Assembly: GCA_008632985.1 (NCBI GenBank)
Contig: QPGO01000040.1
Location: forward strand, 191,719 to 255,718
Direction of reading: 5' to 3'
DNA: 64,000 bases
DNA from: Psammoneis japonica
Taxonomy: Eukaryota
Notes under the pieces: generated by a model
What the model saw: the letters and a program-made list of their open reading frames with translations, nothing else
What the model was told of the DNA's origin: nothing
Database searches by the model: none
Shown: positions 22,530-35,576 of the stretch, one piece after another
Numbering within the stretch: position 1 is the stretch's first letter
Layout: the number at the start of each line of letters is the position of its first letter
Made by a program: the position numbers and the translations under genes

Positions 22530-25500
22530 ACAGACAGACAAGCGAGCGCACCAGAAGATGACAACGCCTGTGGCACACGCCTGTGTGATGTCATCTGCTC
22601 TGACAAAAATGGCATGTTGTGCAAATTGCACAGTTCTTGGTCACACAAGTGCATTGTTTTGTCACACAAGGTTGCCATCAGAGGGGCCTCACTGATCAGT
22701 GATGAGCTGCATCATCCTGCTGCACATCATGGCTCGGGGGGGGGGGGGGTTGGTGGCTGCTGGGTGCTGCTGCCCCTCTTTTGGGCCCTCTGGCAGGCAA
22801 TGCTGAGGTGAGTGGTACAATTTTTTCACACCAAGCCTTTTCAGCCAGATCTTGGCAACCTCTGCACACTGTGGTTGCTGTTGACACAATGCGGTTGCTT
22901 CTTCATTCACCCATTCTTTCTGTTTGCATTTGAAGCTCCAAAGTCAGAAAAGAAAAATGAGTGCGCTGCTCACTCTCCCGCACACACACCAGGCATGGCG
23001 GATTGAGATGTTTGTCATGTGTGAAATTTTGGTGCACATGCACTGTTGCCTTTTGCCAGTTGCCCATCAGGACAAAATGGAGACAAAGACCTGTTCAGGC
23101 TTGCAAAGCGCAGGCGCAGTGGAAGATGTGGCGTTCCTCAGGGACACTTCATTGCCAGTGCTCTGGTGGCGTGTGTGTTGCCAGCCAGCTCAACCAACAT
23201 CTTTCAAGGTGCTGAGCAGAAGATGTTTTTGATGTCACTCTCCTTGATGAGCACTGATCTTCTCATTGACTTTTTTGTGCAGCCCAGAGTGGTGCGTGTG
23301 AGCGGGGCTGGCTGTTGTGTGATGCGCTGTCAGATGTGCCTGCTCTGGCAAGTGTCAAGTTGGATCACACTGGCTTTGATGGCAAGATTCTCTCTGGCCA
23401 GCTGCAGAAGGACAAATCCATTGCAGACAGAAAGGCAGTGACAAAAATCTCTTTGACACAAGCCAAACAACCAATGGCAGACCTCCAGATTTCTTCCATC
23501 CAGAGTTGTTGTTGCAGCCACTGGTGCTGCTTGGTTTCCAAGCTGGAGATGGGGTTCTTGATTGCCACAAACACAGCAATGTCTCATCGACAAGTCACCA
23601 ACATTTCACATGTGCACCAAATTGTGCTTGGGCAGCAGCTGGGTTGCCAAATCAGAGGACATGTGACTTCTTTTGACAGGCTGGCATGAGACACAAAAAC
23701 AGGAACCCATCCAGAACACAATGGAGCTAAAACATGATTCATCCATCAAGGCATTTTTTGCAGGCTTTGATTCATGCAAAGACCACAGCTGGGAGGAAGA
23801 CAGCTGGAGCAGTGTGCAAGAACATGCTGTCATTGTAAAGAGCTGACAGAAGCTCCTGATGACAATGAACAACTTTGCCTTCATCACACATGAAAGTGCC
23901 ATTGTGTCAACTGACACTTGTGTGATCATGACAGACAAACAACATTGGCGCAAGTCTCCACTGTTTTGATGACTGGTCATTTTGGCAAAGTTGTTTGTGC
24001 CACAAAAGTGCAACAAGGAGCAATGGGACAATTTTGCGCTGCACAAAGAAGCTGTCATGTTGCTGATGATTCCTTGAGCAAATGAACCTTCTGAAAAAAA
24101 AACTGACATGGCCTTGGTTGTTTGTTTGAGCAGGGCAGTCACTTTGCCACCATTGTTTTGTTCATTGGGTTGCAGCAAAAAATGCATTGGAAGTTCTGCA
24201 CCTCAGCATGCAGTGTTGAATGGAATGTCATGATGTGCTGGTGGGGCAAATCACCAGCAAGTGTGGAAGACATTTTTCTTCACCATTCACATCCTCTTCA
24301 ACAATTTTTCAAAGTCACACAACAATGAAGCTGCAAAACAAGAGCATCATGTGCTGGTGCACATGTGTTCTCCATTGTGAAATGTTGTGCAATTCAATGT
24401 TTTGTCCTTCCCATTGTGGCCCACTTCCAACAATCACACCATGCAATGAAAATGACATGAAAGCTGGACCATGTGATGGTTGTTCTGACTTGCCATGCAC
24501 AATGATCACCATGTGCAAATGTGGCAATGTCATGATGGCACTCCAGATGCATGCAGTCATGCTGCTGCCTGTGCCACACAACCAATGTTCACATGGCCAC
24601 AGCAGACTCCTGGCATGACTGGACCTGCTGCAGTGTGACAGCAATTGCCAGACCTGCTTTTTCATTTTTGCCAACAGCAATCCTCTGTGCCAGCAGCAGC
24701 CTTTGTGACCAGGCTGTGCCCCACATTCCAACATTGTGAAACAGGGTCAGTGCAACAAAAAAGAACAACAAGAGAAGCAAAAGGTGGAAATGCAACATCT
24801 CTGTCAAGTGGCCACCAAGCATCCTTTGCTCAAACCAAAGTGTGTGCTCCCACTGGAAAGATGTGGCCCTTGCAGAAAAAGGCAAAGCCAAAATGAAGCA
24901 TGGAGCCAAGGTCTTGCAAGGGCCCAAAACATTTGGGAAGGATGATGTCAAAACAAAGGTGAGATGGTTGGACCACAAAAAAGATGCTCAAGCTCCACAT
25001 GAGAAATGCACTCCAATCAATCCATGTCATTCTTGTGGCACACCAAGGCACCTGTGAAAAATTCCTCCTCTCAACTGATCTGATCATTGTGAAAAAACAT
25101 TGTGAGCAAACTTTGCTGTGCTGAACATGTCATCCATGGTGACCAGCACTTTGCAGGCCTTCCAACAAAGTTGAGCCAGCGTGGCAATGATGGCACAAAC
25201 CAAGAGTGCTGCATTTGCTCTGAGAAGATTTCAACAGAAAGGATGGTGTGACAACAACTGCAAAGTGTGTGTTCCCAATGTGTGCATCCATGTTTTTCCC
25301 ATTGATGCTGTTCCCCTGACATGGATGAGAAGAGGCTCCAGGACGTTCTTTTTGCAGACAGCAATGCCAACTTTGACATTTTCCATTGAACACTGCATGA
25401 CTCACAACAGTCATCAATGACACACTGTGCTGCACAGCTTCAAAGCACAGCAATGTGCCAATTGCTGACTGTGGGGTGCGTGCATCTCTTGTCCTGGATG

Positions 25501-28320
25501 GGCTCTTTTCCAAGTGACAACCACACCCGCCCCCCTGTTTTCACTTTGCAGTTTGCCTCATTTGCTTTCTTGCCAGACAGCATCAGGTCATTGACAAGAT
25601 GTGTGCCCCAGGGCATGACAAACACATGTGTGACCTCCACAAAAAAAGCAGGCAACACGACTGCATGATGTCCTCAACCAACTTCATGTGCAAAGGCTGC
25701 TGCCAAATTGGATCTTGCCCCATCCCTGCCAGCGGATCAAATGATGCCTGCCTTGCCAACTTCCTTGCCACACTGTTGCCACTCTGAAGATTGTGAAAAA
25801 GTGCAACTTTCATGAAAGCAGCCAAGACAGCACCACATGCTTCTCCCATGACACCGCGGACCTCTGCTTCAGCCCTGACAAAGTGGACAGAGCCTTTTGT
25901 GAACTTGGGTGCACTGTTGACCTCCCAAAACTGCCTCTGGCAACACCACCAATGTCAACAACAATGACAGGGCCAATTGTGCCATGCACAACAATGGAAA
26001 ACCCCACCTCTTTGCAGCAGTGTGGACATGCGCTGCATTCAAAATGTCCTTTGACAGCTTGACACCACCCTGCAACAAATGACAACTGACTCTGGAGCTC
26101 TGCTTGGTTGTTTGTGAGAACTCCAGGGCACAATCCAAGATGTCAGCTGAGTCAACTTCCCAGCTTGCTCATGACCCAGTCAGCTCAGCAGCCCACCCCA
26201 TGTGTGCCCTGCCTGGTGCATCTCAAAACAAAAAATGCTTTGCCAAAAACACACACACCACACAAATTGCATTAAATTGATGCCCTTGCCAACCCACAGC
26301 GCAGTTGCAGTTTGCCAAGGCAAGTGCATCAAGCGGCGCAGGAAGCCCAATGAATTTCCTTTTGGCGATCCTTTGGAAAAGCGCTGACAAAAAAAAGAAA
26401 AGAGTGCAAACTGTGTGGCCCACACAGCAGTCATGTGAGAAAAATTGTCAAGACCAGCAAACAATGCCCGGCCACCAAAAAAGTCATTTCAATGCCAGCA
26501 GTGGCAGCACCCAGCAATCCCTCCAAAAGTTGTCTTGACACCTGATGCTGCAGCGGCACCCAGCAATTTCTCTCTTGTTGAGAGATGGGGGCCAAGCATC
26601 ATCTGAAAAAAAGAGTTTGTGTTGCCTGGAGCAGCCTGCTTTGTGAGAGCTTGCAGCTGATCCAGAGGCACAAAAATGTTCTTTTTTGTTGTCAACACTG
26701 ATCTTGTGCTTGGGTGTGCAGAACCAAGGTTTGTAAATGCTTTGTTGGGCTCTCTTGTTTCCAGGTGGGAATTTTGTCTTCCACCAGCTGTTGCTGATTT
26801 GGCTCCTGCTCTCTCAAAATTTTGACAGCTTTTGGCTGACATGAGAGCCTCTGCAGGCAGAGTGCCAAGAGGTGGTGCCATGTGCTGCACATGAAAAACA
26901 TGCTGGGTGGAAGAACACACCCCCAAGCATGGAACAATGACATGATGCACAAATGAGAAAAGAGAAGGAGGTTGTTGTGGAAGGCAAAAACATGTGCCCC
27001 ATTTTGTGATTTGCAAGAGCCCACAGAGAGCTCTTGTCCAAGGCTGAAAAGGAGGAGCAGTTTTCCTTGGGGCTGGCTTGCATCAGAACTCACATGCTCA
27101 ATTGATGTGCATGTGAAAAATTGCAGCAAAATTTTCCCATGTTTGTTGATTGTTGCTCTTGCTCTTTTGGGTTTGCTGGCCACACAGTCAGCAGATTTTT
27201 TTGTTTTTGATCTTTGTGCCACATGGTTGCAAAATTTTGAAGTTGTCAGGGAGTGAACAGAAGATTGGTTTTTCCCTCCCATCAATTTGCATGCATTGCT
27301 TGTTTGTGCTTCCAACAACAAGCATCTCAAGCAGCTCCTTTTTTCATGCTTTGCTGTTGGGAAAGAGTGCAACAGATCTGAGCCAGCTTTGTGCTGCCAG
27401 TCTCCATGTTGCTGAGCTGACACTTGCCACACACAAGAGTGCATGTTGGTCACACCAGGTTGCTGCTGGATGGTCCTCACTGATCAGCCATGAGCTGCAT
27501 TGCTGGTCAGTGGTTGCCCCCTCTGGATCCTCACACTTCAGGTGCACCTTTCTTGTTGTCATGTCTTTTTAGCTGCTGGCAGTCTCACAGCACACCAGAC
27601 ATGTGCGCCATGCTCCAAAAAATTCACCTGAGGGAGCTTGGAAGATGCGCTGATTTTCACTTTCACTTCACGCAACAACGACATCTCTGCCATGACAAAA
27701 CACAATGCCACGTGCAATGTGCATCAAGTCAATTGCACCTTGACAGCATGGAGCCAGTGCCACTGTCTTCATTGAAAGATGGCCCAAGAAGCTGGGGTGA
27801 AAATGACACATCTGTGCTTGCAGCTGGGGCGATGATTGCTGCAAGATCCAGGAACACTTTTGCACTCATGCCATTGCTGGAGAGTGCCAACCTTGTGCTG
27901 GTCAGTGCAAGCAACTGCAGCATTTGGGTGACTCAGAGAAGCAGGCAAAATGGAGAGGTGCTGCGCTGTTGAACCTTGGCACATTTGAAAATTTGGTTGC
28001 GAGCTTGGAATCGGTGCCAGCCACGGGGGGCAAGAAAGCATCAATGCCACGCACCAATCCCAGCATCAGAAATGAAAGAGCTCGCTGATGCCTTTGACCC
28101 ATGATTTGTTGTTGCAAAGAAAGGAAAAACACTTTTTTCATTGCTCCAGCTTGTCAAAGGAGTCGCTTCTTGTCAAGACAGCAAGAAGCCGTCGTGCAAC
28201 AACAACCGCAAGGAAGCCCATGACAAGCAAATGTCCTTTGCAAAGCTTGATGATTGTCAGCATGCTTTTAAGGAGTGCACCCTTGCTGAGTTTGCAAGCA
28301 AAAATGAAGGCTTCAACAAG
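22530..28320. other. TpA- and CpG-depleted hypermutated domain 2 (decayed, unidentifiable sequence)
   Basis: TA almost absent (rare survivors near 22816 and 26734), CG rare, strong TG/CA excess; only short Cys/His-rich ORFs. Confidence 0.93.
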
Positions 28321-28870
28321 AAAAATTAACAGCCTCCTCCCTTGCTCCGCCGGTGTGGCATGGAATCATCACCGCATTGAGCAAAGGCTGGGGTGATGCA
28401 CCTGAAGGAAAGCAAGAGGACAGCAAGCTGCAGGAAGCGTAAAGCTGACAACCCTCCTCCTCCTGAACCTTCATTTGTTGCTGATGAGGTAGAAGATTTC
28501 TTGACAGATGTTTTCTTGACTGCACAACTCGGCGTGTCGGTGCCAGTTGACGTCGGAAGAATGGCACGCCACTCCCGTAGCAGCCAGGACTTCGGTAGAA
28601 CAAATGACTTAACGATGTGGAATAACATTTAATGCAATAAGTGTTTTTGGTCCTTAATTGACTTACTTAACTCTTGCCTCTAGGTTTTGTCAATGGTCAT
28701 TTTCTATTTAACGAGTTCGGATCTCATCACTGTCAAACGACCCGGGCGTTCGCTGTCCTCGCAGAACGCGAAGACGCCGACGTTGTTTTTGTGATCACTC
28801 TCCACTGTTCCGTCCTTCCCATTTCTCTTCCCTTTTTATACGACTCCTGCAATCTGAAGAGACAATTGCA

Positions 28871-31592
28871 ATGATACTTTGTCATCGTTTATTGCTGTCG
28901 CTACTCTTGCACTCTTGTGTATCAGTAGTCCATAGCGTTGACCCCTGGAGCTACATTGTTGTTGCGGATTGGCACGGAGCCGAGACGTAAGTGTTTTATT
29001 GATCCATGCGCACCAATTTCGTTGTTGAAGTTTGCATCCACTAATCTTTTCTTTTCATGATATTGTTCACGTCATCCGACTAAAGCTTTGTCAACAATCC
29101 AGTAAAAGACGAGTCCGGTCAGATTCGAAATCGTGCTGCCAACGACAAAGTCAAAGCCTTCAAGCACATCAAACAAGAATACGGTGGAGACCTAGTCATT
29201 TTCCCCGGAGATACAAACAGCGGGAAATGGTACAAGGAAGAATTTCTTGATATTCTGAATGTAGAAACAGCAGAAGAAGCGGTTCGAAAGGCCGGTGAAC
29301 GATGCTATCAAGGATTAAAGTATGTCTTTGAGAAAGCAGGATACTCTACATTGTTAATTGCGGTTGGTGATCATGAGATTGGTGGAAATCCATGGGACAT
29401 TGGTGACCTGAAAACAAACCTTTTGCCACTTTTTCGTCGAGTCTTTTTTCGAGAGTTCAACAGAGCTCCAAACGGCGAGTTCCTATACAATGATCCTATT
29501 GGAAGTAAGTACAATATGGAGATCAATACAGAACAAAATCTTCTAATAGCCAACAGATCTAATACGTTGCTGTTTGTTTTTGTGCTCAGATGCGCTTTCG
29601 CGACCAAAAGGGACCACGTTTCAGGATACGTCGTATGCTTATCGGTACAAGAACGCCCTCTTTGTGACTGTTGATGCCTTTCGACAGCTTCCCTACAATT
29701 TCAAGGACCCAGCAGAAGGACTTGGTGGAGAAGGCTCTGTCACGTGCGATGTGTCGGGGGAACACTTGGCATGGTTCAAGCGCGTGCTACAAGAAGCCCG
29801 CAAGGACCCAACCATTAAGCACATTTTTGTTCAAGCCCACCTCCCAATCCTTCAACCCGTAAGGAAAGTCAGATGCACGGGACAATTCATGGATCGCGCT
29901 GAGAACTCTGAATTCTTCCAAGCCATGCGTGATTACCAGGTGGATGTATATTTTGCCGGGGAGGTGAGTACCCTCTTTTCCCTCACTTCTTCGAGATTGT
30001 TCCTCGTGGTTTTGTTCCAATCGCTTTTTCTCTCTTCAAACCCAGGTTCACACAAACACTGCGACTAAAGACGACGAATCCAATCTCGTGCAGGTTGTTT
30101 CACGTGGAAATGGTGCTGAGAATTTCATCAAAGTCGAGGTGTCGGACTCTTCCATCACAATTCGGCAGTTCAATGAAGTGGGCACAAGACCACGATACAA
30201 TCTGAACTATGAGCCATACGGAATAGTGACGATTGACAAGTCGGGAGAAGAGACGACGTTTAAGTCTTCTGGTTCCCTCAAGATAATTGATCGAAAGAAA
30301 CCAATGGTACACCTTTCCTTCGACGAAATGACTACACTGGCGGAACGACCGGTACTGGCATTGACCCATGATGACTACCAAAGGACATTGGTACAGCGAA
30401 AAATGACGATTACCGGTGTTGAGTGTTGGAATTCTTTTCCCAACCTGGGTGAATTTGGCCGTAAGTTGCCTGTTCTACGATGTCTACTTGCATTAGTGAT
30501 TATAGGGAGCTTTTGTTCATCGCCCTTTTGTTTTTTGACTCTGTTTGTAGAGCAATTCGATGCACAAGTTGGGAATGTAGCGCTTCGACCTGGAAAGCTT
30601 GGTAGCGCGGCAAAGCTCAATTCCACAAGCCGCGTTGCCATATTTGGGTGAGTAGTAGGATGGCACCTTTAGACATCTTGGATTCCTGATTATTCCTCTT
30701 GGGGGTGGTTTCTAATTTATATGCATTTTGCTACTGGAACGCGTTCAGCATGGGTCCCCATAGTGCAGGCTTGAAGGTTTCATACGCACTCTGGTGTAAG
30801 ACAAGTGTTCGCAAAAGAAAGCAGATCTTAGTTCATTTCGGTGACAAGTTTGGCATAACACGTCACGCAAAAAACCCAATTTTTACGCTGACAATGGATG
30901 AGGGACGTCCTGCTTTATATGCTGAGTCAAACATGGTGCTAGTACCCAGGGATGAAGATATGGATTTGGCGAACAATGAGTGGCATCACGTCGTGATTAC
31001 GATGCCTAGCAACAGTTGTCGTCTCTCGGAAGTCAAGATGTACGTGGATGGACAAACCGTTCCGACACGGGTTGAAGGGGACGATGATCATTTGTTTTTC
31101 ACCACTTCAGGCATGATGAGTATCGGTGGACTGGGTCACAGTCACAAGAATCTACGAAAACGTTTCTTCCCGAAACATGTACCATTCGAAGGACTCGTTG
31201 ATGAAGTGTATGTCTGGGCTGATAGCTTGTCTCTTCAACAGGTGAAGTTGCTTTCCCAGGGAACATCTCCGGGGGTGGGTGCTCCTTCTCTACAAACGGC
31301 CCAACCAACTAATGCTCCTCAACCTTCGCCAAAAAAGGCGACTTTCACGGTTCATTTGAATTACCAATGTGCCTCGAATGAGCGGGCCGAGGAATTGGAA
31401 CTGATACCGGAACAATGCCAGGATCAATGTCTTGAGGACGTCAGCTGCCTTGGCTATCATGTGTTGCTTTCGCGGGCGTATCTTTCCCCCAGATATCGGG
31501 GGAGACCATTCTATACATGCCGTCATTTCTTTGACCCAAAGCCCGAACGGGGTGAGTACGAGGAAGGATTTGTTTGCGGGATAAAGAGCTAG
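28871..31592 (+). CDS. Secreted calcineurin-like metallophosphoesterase + LamG/ConA-like + PAN/apple-like domain; multi-exon
   Basis: Signal peptide; ADWHG, PGDTN, VGDHE, VQAHLP and AGE|VHTN motifs; LANNEWHHVV..MYVDG..GLVDEVYVW (LamG-like); Cys-rich QCQDQCLEDVSCLGY tail; GT-AG introns. Confidence 0.8.
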
Positions 31593-32319
31593 ATGCTGCA
31601 GCCTTACTTCAGCGAAAGTCAATAAGAATACATATTAGATTCTCTACTCTACACAGTGACGAGTCGCAACCTACAGCCTACACAGTACAGGAAGCCTCGC
31701 CCTGTCCTGCTTCTGTTGGTGAGGCCACTCCGAGCATGATGAGAACTGTTCAACACTCGCAAATGCGTTTTTGTTATTGTAACGTTTTCGCCGAAACACA
31801 CGATTTTCAGCTCGTGCTAAACACTTCTTAGACTCAGTAAGGCCTTTCGTCCCCCTCTTCCTTTTTAGAAACACATCCCGACTACTGCCTCCGATCAGTT
31901 TCCCGCCGCCGGCCGCCGCTCGCGACACACCGCTGCAAGCTCGACAATTTTGATACTTCTTCATTTTTTAGTACTTTGGAATGATGAGATAAGTGTTCGG
32001 GCGCCTAAATGTAATTAACTCACTTAACGAATCTACGTGTCCGTCACTTCTGTCATGTATGAATGAATTTATTGTTCCTAAAATATCAGGCAATAGACAT
32101 GAATTACAAGTGTAATATTCTCATGTTTTTGTATCCCCTCACTTTTTCGCGGGATGCGTTGCCAGTCGAGGATCTGGATCGCTCCACTCTTTGAGCTAGC
32201 GCTGAAGCGACCAGGAGTCGAGGATTGCGCGTTCTTCCCACGTCCAACTCTGTCCCGATTTCACAAGGTGAAAAAGGAAGGAAGAGCGTTGACAACGGGG
32301 GTGTGAGACAAACAACAAT

Positions 32320-35259
32320 ATGTTTCTCCCTCTTTCGTTGACAGCAGTCCTCTTGTCAGCCTTGTATCTTCAGCCAGCGAAAAGTCTGGAAAAAGAATGG
32401 CGCTTCATTGCGCTTGCAGATTGGCATGGTGCGGAAACATTTGTAAATTGGCCCATCGTAGAAAAGGACGAACTCCGGTATCATCAAGATGCACAACGAA
32501 AGATTGGAGTTCTCCGTCATATTAAAGAAAAATACGGCGGAGACCTAATGGTGCTCCCCGGTGATACAAACAGCGGGAAATGGTACAAGGATGAATTTCT
32601 CAAGATGCTGGAAGTTAAAACTGTTGAGGAAGCTGTTCGTGAGGCCGGTGAACGCTGTTATGAAAGCTTGAAATTTGTCTTTGGGGAAGCTGGATACTCG
32701 GATATCGTAATAGCTGTCGGCGATCATGAGATAGGTGGAAATCCTTGGAATACAGATTTGGTAAAAACGGGCTTGGTGCAAGATTTCCGACAAATCTTCT
32801 TCAGGTCGTTCAACAGGGAGCCGGATGGCGAGTTTCGTTATAAAACAAGAATTGGGCGTGAGTATTCATTCAGACGAAGCTTTATCCTCTTCTCGAAACA
32901 TGTCTGTGATAAAATGCTCACAATATGCGTTTCGCTCACTCGTGCTTGCAGAAACTGCCGCACGTCCGAAGGGGACAATTTTTGAAAACACGTCATATGC
33001 TCGTCGTCACAAGAACGTACTCTTCGTGACGGTCGATGCCTTTAGACAGCTTGACTCCGATTTCAAGGAAGCCAGTAAAGGCGTCGGAGGAGAAGGATCC
33101 GTCACGTGCGATGTTGCCGATGAACACTTGACCTGGTTTAGGAACGTTCTACGAGATGCCCGCAACGATCCTGAAATCAAACATATTATAGTTCAAGCGG
33201 TGAGTCAATTAGCGCCACAGCTCTTTGAATCACCTTGATCTTATCAGTGTGGAAACTCTTACCTGGATATCCTCTTCCCTTTTTCCAATCTTGCTAGCAC
33301 ATGCCAATAATACAGCCCGTGCGCAAAGTCAGGTGCACTGGTCAGTTTTTGGACCGTGGCGAAAACTCTGCCTTCTTCAAGGCCATGCGAGACTTCAATG
33401 TAGATCTATATTTTGCGGGAGAGGTGAGTTCCATCCCTCCTTCCACTTTTTGTCACGCCACTGCTAAACTGATATGTTGACTTCTGCACCATTATCTCCT
33501 GGTAATTGCGTTCGTTGCACAGGTACACACAAACACAGCGACTAAAGACGAAGAATCCAATCTCGTGCAGGTTGTTTCACGTGGAAACGGGGCACAGAAC
33601 TTTTTGACTGTTGATGTGACAGAGAATAGGATCGTTATCTCTCAGTACAACGAGATTGGAAATGAGTCGAGATACAATGAGAACTATGAATTATTTGGTA
33701 TGTTGGTCATCGAGAAGGGAGAAACACAGACCTACTTTTCATCATTTGGATCGCTGAACTTATTGGATCGAAAGCAGCCAATGATTCACTTTTCCTTCGA
33801 TGAGATGAGCACCTTATCGGAAAGACCTGTATTAGCATTGACACACGATGACTACCTTACAACGCTTAAGCAAAGTAAGATTACGATATCTGGGACGGAA
33901 TGTTGGGACTCGTTTCCAAATCTGGGTGCATACGACCGTAAGTTTGATCCATTTTGCACCTGTTGACCCCTTACTGCACACTAGAGTCAATGTCCCGTTC
34001 TCCCTCACACTTTGACTGTTGATCTTTCTCGAAAACTCGTAGAGCAATACGATGCTCAAGTTGGGGATGTTGTCCTCCAACCCGGTAGGAAGGGAATGGC
34101 AGCAAAGCTCAATGCAACGAGTCAGGTGGCAGTTTTTGGGTGAGTATGGCATAGCATCGTTGATTGATTTTGCTGTTTCTGCTTGGTACATCTCCTAAAA
34201 TCTTTGACCTGTCCTTGATCTATTGTTAATATACGGTAGGATTGGCCCACACAGCGGCGGATTAAAGGTGTCGTACGCCCTATGGTTCAAGACATCGCAA
34301 GGGCAAAGGAAGCAACCTCTGGTTCACTTTGGTGACATGTTTGTCAAAACCGACAATGAAAAGCTTCCATTCTATTCCTTGGTTATGGAGCAAGGAGTCC
34401 CCATGCTCCTCGCGGGACCAGACATGTCCTTGCTTCCCACTGACGATACCCTTGCCGTGGCTGACAACAAATGGCACCATCTTGCAGTGTCAATGCCGAA
34501 GAACAGTTGTCGCCTTTCCGAAGTCCAAATGTATCTAGACGGCAAGACCCTTTCGACCAAGGTGAAAGGAAAAGACGAGTACTTATTCTTCACCACGTCT
34601 GGGCTTGTTAGCTTTGGTGGCTTCGGACACAGCTCTCCCAATATCAAAGAGAAGCACTTTAAAACATATCAGCCATTTGAGGGACTCATTGATGAAGCTT
34701 ATGTATGGGCAGATAGCTTGACGGAAAACAAGGTATTGTCTCTGGTAAATGATGTTGATGCTCCTAAGCCCACCGGCGAGCCAGATACACCTCTGCCCAC
34801 AACCAAGCCTACAGAACCGCCAACTGCAGCCCCCGCAACACCGGCACCAACGACAACCCTCTCGCGTCCACCAACCCCGACACCAACCTCAATGCCAACC
34901 TCGAAACCAACAACAATGGCACCAACAAAGTCGCCTCTAGTAGTAGAATCTAACAATACGCAAGACACGAATAATCGTGGCCCACCACCACCACCACCAC
35001 CACCACCACCATCTCCAACACCACCCACGGTACCGTTTCCATGGACAAGTTTACGGACATTAATTGCAAATCCAATTCGGAACCGACTCGCTTCACCTTG
35101 GATGCGGACAAATGCGAAGAAGCGTGTCTCAAGAATACATTGTGTTTTGGATTTCGATTTGTTCGAGAAAATGGATTGAAATGCCGTCACTTTACGGAAA
35201 CACCCGAACCTGGTGCCTTTTACGAGGGAGCCATTTGTGGAATCAAGACTTTCACGTAG
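32320..35259 (+). CDS. Tandem paralog of the metallophosphoesterase-LamG-PAN protein, with a longer Pro/Thr linker
   Basis: Same motifs (ADWHG, PGDTN, VGDHE, ADNKWHHLAV, GLIDEAYVW). The C-terminal Cys domain (ORF 35041-35259) needs a frame change in the (CCA)n tract. Confidence 0.8.
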
Positions 35260-35576
35260 AAAAGGAGCGAGTGTTGAAGAATCGTTGTTTTTCATGTGCA
35301 TGGTGCAGAGGAGTGTATCGCATTGTTATGTGTGACAATCGGCTTTTTGGCCGCTTTAGATTTAGCTATTACAATCAATAGTTGTTGACAATTACGATTA
35401 GCACACGAGGGAGTTTTGTCGCGTAGTCCATTGGCGTTTTTGCCTTGTTAGATATAGCTGGTACTACTACTAGACTACAAACAATGCTAGTAGTTGAGAA
35501 TACTACGTTACGACAAACACCCGGTACAATAATCGTGTCAAGTATAGCCATACAACAACCACAATAGTTCCTGTTG

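Noticed and set aside
22736..22749. Poly-G run near the edge of domain 2, and (tcagagg)3 near 58163
   Set aside because: Simple repeats with no supporting context.
22530..28320. A specific DNA transposon in domain 2
   Set aside because: No terminal inverted repeats or transposase motifs could be recognised by eye; the sequence is too decayed.
9409..28400. Many overlapping Cys/His-rich ORFs in domains 1 and 2 (and in 57-62 kb), including the 594-aa antisense ORF 13185-14969
   Set aside because: Loss of TA removes TAA/TAG stops on both strands, so long ORFs arise by chance. No recognisable domains; Cys/His richness is a mutational by-product, not zinc fingers.
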